From positions 420,001 to 452,000 of the forward strand of contig NZ_CP011391.1 of assembly GCF_001564455.1 (NCBI RefSeq): a stretch of 32,000 nucleotides of DNA. Direction: 5' to 3'. Origin of the DNA: Faecalibaculum rodentium. Lineage in GTDB: Bacteria > Bacillota_I > Bacilli_A > Erysipelotrichales > Erysipelotrichaceae. The notes under the pieces were generated by a model. The model was not told the origin of the DNA. It made no database searches and worked only from the letters and a program-made list of their open reading frames with translations. The translations under genes and the position numbers were made by a program. Of this stretch, positions 26,188-32,000 are shown piece by piece (the stretch's first letter is position 1; the number at the start of each line of letters is the position of its first letter).

Positions 26188-26966
26188 TGGAACCCGTTCT
26201 GCAGGTAAAGAATCTCTCCAGGCACTTCGGCGGCCTGACGGCTGTGGCGAATGTGTCCTTTGACATCCAGCCGGGGGAACTGATCGGGCTGATCGGCCCC
26301 AATGGTGCGGGGAAAACCACGCTGTTCAATCTGCTTACAGGGGTGTATGAACCCAGCGAAGGGCTGATCGAAATGGATGTGGACGGCAAGCCGACGCAGA
26401 TCGGCGGACTGCCTCCGTATAAAATCACGGATCTCGGTGTGGCCCGGACGTTCCAGAACATCCGGCTGTTCAGGGAAATGACGGTGCTGGAAAACGTCAA
26501 GGTCGCCATGCACCGGAACATCCGGTATGGCGTCATCAGTGCCATCCTGCGGCTGCCGAAGTACTATTCCGAGGAGCGCTGGGTGGAGGAAAAGGCCTGC
26601 GAGTACCTGAAGGAAGTGGGCCTGTATGCCAAGCGAAACGAGCTGTCCGTGAATCTGCCCTATGGCGAGCAGCGGAAGCTGGAAATTGCCCGCGCCCTGG
26701 CGATCCAGCCCAAGATCCTGTACCTGGATGAACCGGCGGCCGGCATGAACCCGCAGGAAACAGCGGACCTGACGGCGCTGATTCACCGCATCCGGAAGAA
26801 ATACGGCCTGACGGTGATCCTGATCGAGCACGACATGTCCCTGGTGATGAAAATCTGCGAGCGCATCTTCGTGCTGGACTACGGCAAGCTGATTGCCAGC
26901 GGGTCTCCTGAAGAGATCCGGAAAAACGAGTTCGTCATCAAGGCGTATCTCGGGGAGGAAATCTGA
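26187..26966 (+). CDS. livG: Branched-chain amino acid ABC transporter ATP-binding protein (LivG type)
   Basis: Walker A GPNGAGKTT, LPYGEQRKLEIARAL, Walker B LYLDEPAAG. The LivG-specific insertion between Walker A and the Q-loop is present. Confidence 0.9.
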   Translation: MEPVLQVKNLSRHFGGLTAVANVSFDIQPGELIGLIGPNGAGKTTLFNLLTGVYEPSEGLIEMDVDGKPTQIGGLPPYKITDLGVARTFQNIRLFREMTVLENVKVAMHRNIRYGVISAILRLPKYYSEERWVEEKACEYLKEVGLYAKRNELSVNLPYGEQRKLEIARALAIQPKILYLDEPAAGMNPQETADLTALIHRIRKKYGLTVILIEHDMSLVMKICERIFVLDYGKLIASGSPEEIRKNEFVIKAYLGEEI

Positions 26967-26968
26967 TC

Positions 26969-27679
26969 ATGGCGATGCTGGAAGTCAAGGACCTGCATGT
27001 GCATTATGGTGTCATCGAGGCCCTGAAGGGGATTTCGATGTCGGTCAACGAAGGGCAGATCGTGGCGCTGATCGGCTCGAATGGTGCGGGAAAAACGACA
27101 CTGCTGCAGTCGATTTCGGCCATCAAGAAAAAGACCAGCGGCGAGGTGATATTTCTGGGAAACAACATCACGTCTGCGACGCCGAAGAAAATCGTGTCGG
27201 AGGGACTGACGCAGGTGCCGGAGGGCCGCCGTGTGTTCACGGGGCTGTCGGTATACGAGAACCTCATGATGGGGGCCTTCCTGCGAAAGGACAAGGCGGC
27301 GATTGAGGAAGACCTGCAGAAGGTCTATACCCAGTTCCCGATTCTCGAGCAGCGGAAAAACCAGGATGCGAGCACACTGTCAGGCGGCGAGCAGCAGATG
27401 CTGGCCATGGGCCGGGCCCTGATGGCAAGGCCTAAGCTGCTGCTGCTGGATGAGCCCTCCATGGGTCTGGCACCGATCCTGGTCAAGGAAATCTTCTCGA
27501 TCATCCAGGAGATCAACTCCACGGGGACGACCGTGCTGCTGGTGGAGCAGAATGCGAAGATGGCGCTGTCGATCGCAGACTATGCCTATGTCCTGGAAAC
27601 GGGGAAGATTTCCCTGCAGGGTACCGGCAGCGAACTGGCGGACAGCCCGGAGATCCAGAAGGCCTATCTGGGCGGATAA
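26969..27679 (+). CDS. livF: Branched-chain amino acid ABC transporter ATP-binding protein (LivF type)
   Basis: Walker A GSNGAGKTT, LSGGEQQMLAMGRAL, Walker B LLLLDEPS, and a C-terminal AYLGG. Confidence 0.9.
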   Translation: MAMLEVKDLHVHYGVIEALKGISMSVNEGQIVALIGSNGAGKTTLLQSISAIKKKTSGEVIFLGNNITSATPKKIVSEGLTQVPEGRRVFTGLSVYENLMMGAFLRKDKAAIEEDLQKVYTQFPILEQRKNQDASTLSGGEQQMLAMGRALMARPKLLLLDEPSMGLAPILVKEIFSIIQEINSTGTTVLLVEQNAKMALSIADYAYVLETGKISLQGTGSELADSPEIQKAYLGG

Positions 27680-27868
27680 TGCCCATGCAGACGGCACCGG
27701 AGGTGCGAGTCTGCAATGGCATTTCTCAGTGGAGCAGGCAGGCATGAAGCCCGCTGCTTCGGACACACGGTGAAAGGTGAGGGCCTGCACATCGCCTGTT
27801 CCTTTGTATAATGAAGCTGAAAGAAAACCGGTCGCTGTATGCAGAACAGACCGGTCAAAGAGGAATGT

Positions 27869-28513
27869 ATGTTTAAAGTACAAGATTTCATGACGACTCC
27901 GGTCATCTGCACGGAGCCGGATGCCCGAATCACGGATGTTCTGGACATCATGAAGAAAAACAACCTGCACCGGATCCCTGTCACGGATGCAAACGGCACA
28001 CTGGTGGGCCTGATCACGGAAGGGATGATTTCCGGTGCCGGAGGCAATGCCACGAGCCTGTCGATCTACGAACTGAACTATCTGCTGTCCAAGACGAAGG
28101 TCAAGACCGTGATGCAGAAAAGAGTGGCCACGATCCATCCGGAGAACCTGATGGAAAAGGCCACGGAAAAAATGCTGAAGGAAGACATCGGCTGTCTGCC
28201 TGTCGTGGATGACCACAATAAAGTGGTGGGAATCCTGACCCAGAACGATGTGTTCAAGTCCTTCCTGGAAGTCCTGGGCTGGTACCGCGAGGGTATCCGC
28301 GTGGCTCTGGAAGCGAAGGATGAAATCGGCCAGCTGGAGAAAATCTCCAAAGTCTTTGCGGATGAAGGCATCAACATTGCCAACATCGGGGTGTATGACA
28401 CGACCAACGGCAATGCCAGCATGATCATCCGGGCTGATAAAGCCACGGATGGCCTGAAACAGGCACTGGAAGACGCCGGTTATATGGATGTGGAAATCGC
28501 CAAAGCCGAATAA
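27869..28513 (+). CDS. CBS-CBS-ACT domain protein (AcuB-like architecture)
   Basis: Start set to ATG 27869 (AAAGAGGAA upstream). Two CBS motifs (V.DFMTTPVI...HRIPVTDANGTLVGLIT and VMQKRVATI...CLPVVDDHNKVVGILT), then an ACT-like C-terminus (IRVALEAKDEIGQLEKISKVFADEGINI). Confidence 0.8.
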   Translation: MFKVQDFMTTPVICTEPDARITDVLDIMKKNNLHRIPVTDANGTLVGLITEGMISGAGGNATSLSIYELNYLLSKTKVKTVMQKRVATIHPENLMEKATEKMLKEDIGCLPVVDDHNKVVGILTQNDVFKSFLEVLGWYREGIRVALEAKDEIGQLEKISKVFADEGINIANIGVYDTTNGNASMIIRADKATDGLKQALEDAGYMDVEIAKAE

Positions 28514-28520
28514 CATAAAG

Positions 28521-28556
28521 AACCTGCAGGAGCATAAAAGCTGTCTGCAGGTTTTT
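28521..28556 (+). terminator. Intrinsic terminator after the CBS-ACT gene
   Basis: AACCTGCAG, 15-nt loop, CTGCAGGTT, followed by TTT. Confidence 0.7.
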
Positions 28557-28777
28557 GCTGATTCAGGATGTTGCCGAAGGTGCGGAAAGGAGAATCGGGT
28601 TCTGTATCCGAACAGTGCGGTGTCCAAAGCGTGAAGCCGCACAGGCCGTCTCACGGATCCGATCCGGCGCATTGGAGACCAGACGGATCATGGCAGACTG
28701 AGCTCTGCCCTCCGGAAAGACTAAATTCCGAAAAGTCGCGCCTGGATTGGAATTCAGATTTTCAAATTACAAACGGT

Positions 28778-28827
28778 CATATATCATCGAAGGCAAGAGA
28801 CAATCAGCCATTTCATCATGATATATG
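28778..28827. repeat. Inverted repeat CATATATCAT (28778-28787) / ATGATATATG (28818-28827) with a 30-nt spacer
   Basis: Read directly: perfect 10-bp arms in the AT-rich island of the ORF-less region. Confidence 0.9.
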
Positions 28828-28859
28828 AAACAGACCGGCGCGCTGTGCACACTCACCAT

Positions 28860-28896
28860 AAAACCCGGATGGACCATATACCACCAGCCGGGTTTT
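28860..28896. terminator. Bidirectional hairpin terminator (alpha/beta hydrolase on the minus strand; any plus-strand transcript from the orphan region)
   Basis: AAAACCCGG, 19-nt loop, CCGGGTTTT, then CATTTTT. It lies 7 nt beyond the hydrolase stop codon. Confidence 0.7.
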
Positions 28897-28902
28897 CATT
28901 TT

Positions 28903-29673
28903 TCAGGATGTGGTCCTGGCGTCTGTGTGCGGCTGCATCAGACATTCCTCGAAGAATGATTCCAGCAGCGGATTCAGCCGTTCGGGAAACCGCAGCGGAT
29001 AATCATGTCCTGCACCCGATAGAACCAGTGTCCTGCAGTGGGGGTTTTCCTGCAGCATGGCCAGTGACTGCTTCATGTCCCTGGTTTCCCGACTGCCGCA
29101 GACAGCCAGTATGGGGATGCGAAGGTCCCTGTATTCGGGATAATCTCTCAGTTGGAGGGTATTTCGGAAAAAGGAGGCATAGACCGCCGGGGTGATTCTC
29201 TTGGATTGCGAAACCAGATCCCCAGTCTCATCGTGAGACAGCCGCCAGTACATCCCCTGAAGCCGGACCAGCCAGGCACAGTGCAGCAAAGAAGCAGCAG
29301 GTCTGGCCAGCGCGATATATCTGTGGACAGAGCGGGTCCGGGGGTTGATCCAGGCGCTCAGGATTGCAGCTTTGACAGTGAGTTCCGGATGACAAAGAGC
29401 AAAGCGCAGCGCAATCTGCGCCCCCAGAGAATGCCCTGCCAGGATCACCGGCTCTCCTCCCAGACGTCGGACCAGGTCCAGAAGGGCATTGTCTGTCCAC
29501 TCCGGATCGAACAGCCTGCCTGCCAGATCACCCGCTCCCGGCAGCTCCGGAATGACCAGGTGGTACCGGCTGGCAAGTTCCAGCTGGTGGCTGAACGTAT
29601 GCACGACACCGGCTCCATGCAGCAGAATCACCGTCGGATTCTCTTTGTTTCCATATTCCTTGAATTTCAGCAT
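28903..29673 (-). CDS. Alpha/beta-fold hydrolase
   Basis: 256 aa. Oxyanion-region VILLHGAG, nucleophile elbow GHSLG, and a C-terminal GAGHD catalytic-His motif. Confidence 0.8.
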   Translation of the reverse strand: MLKFKEYGNKENPTVILLHGAGVVHTFSHQLELASRYHLVIPELPGAGDLAGRLFDPEWTDNALLDLVRRLGGEPVILAGHSLGAQIALRFALCHPELTVKAAILSAWINPRTRSVHRYIALARPAASLLHCAWLVRLQGMYWRLSHDETGDLVSQSKRITPAVYASFFRNTLQLRDYPEYRDLRIPILAVCGSRETRDMKQSLAMLQENPHCRTLVLSGAGHDYPLRFPERLNPLLESFFEECLMQPHTDARTTS

Positions 29674-29712
29674 ATTTCCTCTTTTCCATCAGACGGAGCC
29701 TGAAACAGGAAC

Positions 29713-29739
29713 AAAAAAACCGGAAGCCTGCGCCTCCGG
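29713..29739 (-). terminator. Intrinsic terminator downstream of tRNA-Gly
   Basis: On the minus strand: CCGGAGGC-gcag-GCTTCCGG (7 bp plus one mismatch) followed by TTTTTTT. Confidence 0.7.
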
Positions 29740-29750
29740 TTGTGGACTGA

Positions 29751-29824
29751 TGGAGCAGGCGAGGGGAATCGAACCCCCGCGGCAACCTTGGGAAGGTTGA
29801 GTTCTGCCATTAAACTACGCCTGC
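29751..29824 (-). tRNA. tRNA-Gly (anticodon CCC), CCA encoded
   Basis: Hand-folded from the reverse complement GCAGGCGTAGTTTAATGGCAGAACTCAACCTTCCCAAGGTTGCCGCGGGGGTTCGATTCCCCTCGCCTGCTCCA. It has a 7-bp acceptor stem, a D arm GTTT/GAAC, an anticodon stem CAACC/GGTTG with loop TTCCCAA, a T arm with a TTCGATT loop, discriminator T, and CCA. Confidence 0.9.
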
Positions 29825-29834
29825 AGCTGTCCTT

Positions 29835-29863
29835 ATTATAAACGGGCACCTGCTCTAAGGCAA
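29835..29863 (-). promoter_or_regulatory. Candidate promoter of tRNA-Gly
   Basis: On the minus strand: TTGCCT (29863-29858), N17, TATAAT (29840-29835). The -10 ends 10 nt before the mature 5' end. Confidence 0.5.
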
Positions 29864-29988
29864 ACCGGACTTCTGTCCATGGAGCCTTGGATGAGCTGCG
29901 TTGTGTACGGGATACGAATGGTTCTGCTCAGAGATGAAGCGGTTTTTGATGGAAAAGAAAAAGACACCCTGCGATGCCTCTTTCCTGC

Positions 29989-30708
29989 CTATTTTCCCCA
30001 GTTGGCCAGATCTGCCGGATAGGGAACAGCCACATCCTTATTGATGTCTTCCGCTTCCATGTCCACAACTGCTGTGAATGGCTGGCTCTGGTCCTGAATC
30101 CTGTATACCCCCTCCAGATCGAGCTTCAGTGCCGTAAGCGTCCCGTCGTTGATCGTGGCCTCCATATCCGCCCGGTCAACAGTGGTGCTTCCCAGGGAAT
30201 CCAGGTAGTAGGCCAGACTCACCGGATCGATCTCGAACCGGTACTGGTCGTGGCTGACAGACACAGATTTGAAACACTTTTCCTTCTGTTCATCGGTCAT
30301 GGACAGAAACGGGTCCCAGGACTCCAGCTTCTCTCCCGGCTTCAGGCCGATGTTTTCTGCCAGACTCTGAGATTTTGTCCCCATGGAATTCAGGTACGTT
30401 TTTCCATCCCGGATATAGAAATTGAACACATCGTTCACCGGGATCCCCATGGCGCTGCCATCCACCTCCAGGGCCAGCTCCAGGTCCTGTTTCTGATTCA
30501 GGTACAGGTGAAAGCGCCCGGACAGAGACATATTCGTGCGGATGTCGGCTGTCCCCTCGATTTCCATGGACTGTGCCATGAGCGTTTTGTGCAGGGCGTC
30601 AAAGAATGCCAGGGAGGCCTGCTGCTTTTCTGTGCCCTGACCCTGGGAACAGGCAGCCAGCGTCAGAGAGCAGACAAGAGCCATCATGAGTGTGCAGAGT
30701 TTCTTCAT
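29989..30708 (-). CDS. Putative lipoprotein of unknown function
   Basis: Start set to ATG 30708 (MKKLCTLMMALVCSLTLAAC|S lipobox; AAAAGGAGAAA on the minus strand just upstream). The mature part looks beta-rich and soluble. I recognise no family. Confidence 0.7.
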   Translation of the reverse strand: MKKLCTLMMALVCSLTLAACSQGQGTEKQQASLAFFDALHKTLMAQSMEIEGTADIRTNMSLSGRFHLYLNQKQDLELALEVDGSAMGIPVNDVFNFYIRDGKTYLNSMGTKSQSLAENIGLKPGEKLESWDPFLSMTDEQKEKCFKSVSVSHDQYRFEIDPVSLAYYLDSLGSTTVDRADMEATINDGTLTALKLDLEGVYRIQDQSQPFTAVVDMEAEDINKDVAVPYPADLANWGK

Positions 30709-30784
30709 GGGATTTCTCCTTTTGGTCATAGTAAGATGAATGGGAACAGGTGTCAAAGACAGACACAGGGAGGATTTGCGGACA

Positions 30785-31327
30785 ATGGTACTTGTATACT
30801 ACGGAAATGAAATCGACAAAAAGCCGGTGTTTGACCGGATTTTTCAGGACCTGGGCCTAGCAAAACGGGACCTGGGAGATGCAGACCTGAATGCCACTGT
30901 CGGCGAACTGGCAGATACCGAAGCACAGACAGCAGACCTGAAGGGAGACAAGCCGCTGTTTCTGTACTACGACAAACTGGACTCGAAGGACATCCAGCGG
31001 GTGGAAGCAGCCCTGAAGCAGGCCGGGCTGCATGTCAGCCGGAAAGCGGTCCGTACGGAAAACAACGAGAAATGGACACTGGAAGCCCTGATGTACGAAA
31101 TCGGCCGGGAAGATGAATGGTTCCGGAAGACCAACCGTCTGTACCAGCTGGTGACACATCCCGACAAGGAGAGGCTGGCCAGCGATCCGGCCTATATGGC
31201 CCTCATGGCACAGTCCTTTGCGCTGCTGGAAGAAAACGACATGTCGGAAGAGCAGCTCGACCAGGCCATCGCGGCAATCGAAACAGATCTAGCCAGACAG
31301 GAAAAAGAAACCGTTCCCCGGGCATAA
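30785..31327 (+). CDS. Hypothetical protein, DUF3783-like
   Basis: Start set to ATG 30785 (GGGAGG at 30767-30772, a rather long spacer). VLVYYGNE...LGL... and KAVRTENNEKWTLEALMYEIGRE resemble my recollection of the DUF3783 pattern (KAV.T..N..WT...L..E). The family call is tentative. Confidence 0.55.
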   Translation: MVLVYYGNEIDKKPVFDRIFQDLGLAKRDLGDADLNATVGELADTEAQTADLKGDKPLFLYYDKLDSKDIQRVEAALKQAGLHVSRKAVRTENNEKWTLEALMYEIGREDEWFRKTNRLYQLVTHPDKERLASDPAYMALMAQSFALLEENDMSEEQLDQAIAAIETDLARQEKETVPRA

Positions 31328-31349
31328 GCCGGGACAAATGAGGAAACGG

Positions 31350-31396
31350 ACAATCCCGCAGGATCCGGGTCATGCCTGGGTGTCCTGCGGGATTGT
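31350..31396 (+). terminator. Long hairpin after the DUF3783-like gene (probable terminator, weak U-tract)
   Basis: ACAATCCCGCAGGA, 19-nt loop, TCCTGCGGGATTGT (14-bp perfect stem) followed by GTGTATTTG. Confidence 0.5.
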
Positions 31397-31515
31397 GTGT
31401 ATTTGCGCAAAATGTGACAAACGAAGAAGGATGAAGCAGGAGGATAAAGCGAAAAACCAGCTGTATTCCCTAATAAACGCCCCATATCTCTGTTAAACGT
31501 CATACTTAAGCCAAA

Positions 31516-31532
31516 ATGGTCAATTTGACCAT
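31516..31532. repeat. Perfect 8-1-8 inverted repeat ATGGTCAAtTTGACCAT (candidate operator)
   Basis: Read directly. It lies 38 bp upstream of the -35 element of the rpoB promoter, in an AT-rich non-coding region. Confidence 0.9.
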
Positions 31533-31570
31533 AATTCTATCGGAATTCCCATTTCATTTCAAGACTTGAT

Positions 31571-31599
31571 TTGACACATGGGGATTCTACTGCTATTAT
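31571..31599 (+). promoter_or_regulatory. Candidate promoter of rpoB
   Basis: Consensus TTGACA (31571-31576), N17, TATTAT (31594-31599), overlapping a TATAAT at 31597-31602. It is about 55 nt upstream of the rpoB ATG. Confidence 0.6.
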
Positions 31600-31656
31600 A
31601 ATAAACTGCAATATAGTCTGCCGGCGTATGCCTGCAGCAGTGAAAGGACGGCGTGC

Positions 31657-32000
31657 ATGGACAGCAACAAAGCGTATCACGAGCTCGCGTGCGGCACAAA
31701 AAGCCAGCGGCGCGATTACTCCAAAGTCAGCGGCAAGCTGGAACTGCCCAACCTTGTGGAGATCCAGACGGATTCATTCGACTGGTTCACCAAAAAGGGG
31801 ATCCAGGAAGTCTTTGAAGAGATATATCCGATCGAAAACTACGGCAAGAACATCAGCCTGAACTACGTCAGGTACCGGTTCGATGAACCGAAGTACACGG
31901 CCGAAGAATCGATGTACCGTGAATGCAACTATGCAGCTCCTCTCTACGTGGAGATGGAGCTGGAGATCACCGACCCGGAAACCGGCGAAGTGCGCACGAA
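31657..32000 (+). CDS. rpoB: DNA-directed RNA polymerase subunit beta (5' part; continues beyond the window)
   Basis: Not in the ORF track because there is no stop in the window. ATG 31657 opens MDSNKAYHELACGTKSQRRDYSKVSGKLELPNLVEIQTDSFDWFTKKGIQEVFEEIYPIENYGKNISLNYVRYRFDEPKY..., which is the conserved RpoB N-terminus (LELPNL.EIQ..S..WF). Confidence 0.93.
   Translation, partial: MDSNKAYHELACGTKSQRRDYSKVSGKLELPNLVEIQTDSFDWFTKKGIQEVFEEIYPIENYGKNISLNYVRYRFDEPKYTAEESMYRECNYAAPLYVEMELEITDPETGEVRT

Noticed and set aside
28589-28602. GGAGAATCGGGTTC, resembling the complement of the tRNA-Gly T-arm (GGGGAATCGAACCC), considered as an att-type duplicate of the tRNA 3' end
   Set aside because: The match is short and interrupted, it does not include the acceptor/CCA end that integrases duplicate, and no integrase is present.
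27380-28672. 430-aa minus-strand ORF antisense to livF and the CBS-ACT gene, reaching into the orphan region
   Set aside because: Antisense artefact over most of its length. It is the only reason the left part of the orphan region looks 'coding' on the minus strand.
28585-28690. Weak resemblance to a cobalamin riboswitch core (GGAAAGGAGAATCGGGT...ATCCGAACAG and a B12-box-like GGAGACC at 28674-28680)
   Set aside because: The conserved GGTGAAAATCC and GCCACTG-type elements are not present, and no downstream gene exists for it to regulate. The resemblance is within what chance gives in GC-rich sequence. Only a cmscan against RF00174 could revive it.
28568-28828. 86-aa plus-strand ORF as the gene filling the orphan region
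   Set aside because: There is no Shine-Dalgarno sequence. The composition is Ser/Pro/His/Arg-rich and unlike neighbouring genes, with no recognisable motif. It is kept only as part of the unexplained-region finding.

Overview
This window is a visibly GC-rich stretch (strong G/C preference at third codon positions) of housekeeping genes, almost all on the plus strand. The gene order is typical of Bacillota of the Bacilli/Erysipelotrichia type; that taxonomic call is an inference from synteny only. In order it contains: the 3' end of the spc operon (secY, which starts upstream of the window, then adk); an alpha operon rpmJ-rpsM-rpsK-rpoA-rplQ with no rpsD and, unusually, no map or infA; an O-methyltransferase plus a small membrane-anchored protein; the ECF-transporter energizing module ecfA1-ecfA2-ecfT; truA; a PHP-family phosphatase; rplM-rpsI; two tandem TetR genes (minus strand); glyA-rlmH; pgk-tpiA; a HAD hydrolase; a secreted cell-wall hydrolase with coding repeats; a tightly overlapped nitroreductase-ispF-dtd-folD operon; DUF951-ychF; an M50 protease; a five-gene branched-chain amino acid type ABC importer followed by a CBS-CBS-ACT protein; an alpha/beta hydrolase, tRNA-Gly(CCC) and a lipoprotein (all minus strand); a DUF3783-like gene; and the 5' end of rpoB, which runs off the window. 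I see no CRISPR array, transposase, integrase, phage gene, toxin-antitoxin pair or recognisable defence gene, and I cannot honestly point to a convincing novel multi-gene system. The parts least explained by the annotation are: (i) a ~300-bp ORF-less region boxed in by two terminators (28557-28859); (ii) the translationally coupled TetR paralog pair with no cognate target gene, and its 286-bp divergent control region shared with glyA; (iii) the near-perfect 6 x 39-bp coding repeat in the cell-wall hydrolase; (iv) a perfect 17-bp palindrome upstream of the rpoB promoter; (v) small accessory insertions into otherwise conserved ribosomal and ECF synteny. All homology calls come from reading motifs in the translations by eye. 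No database search was run.
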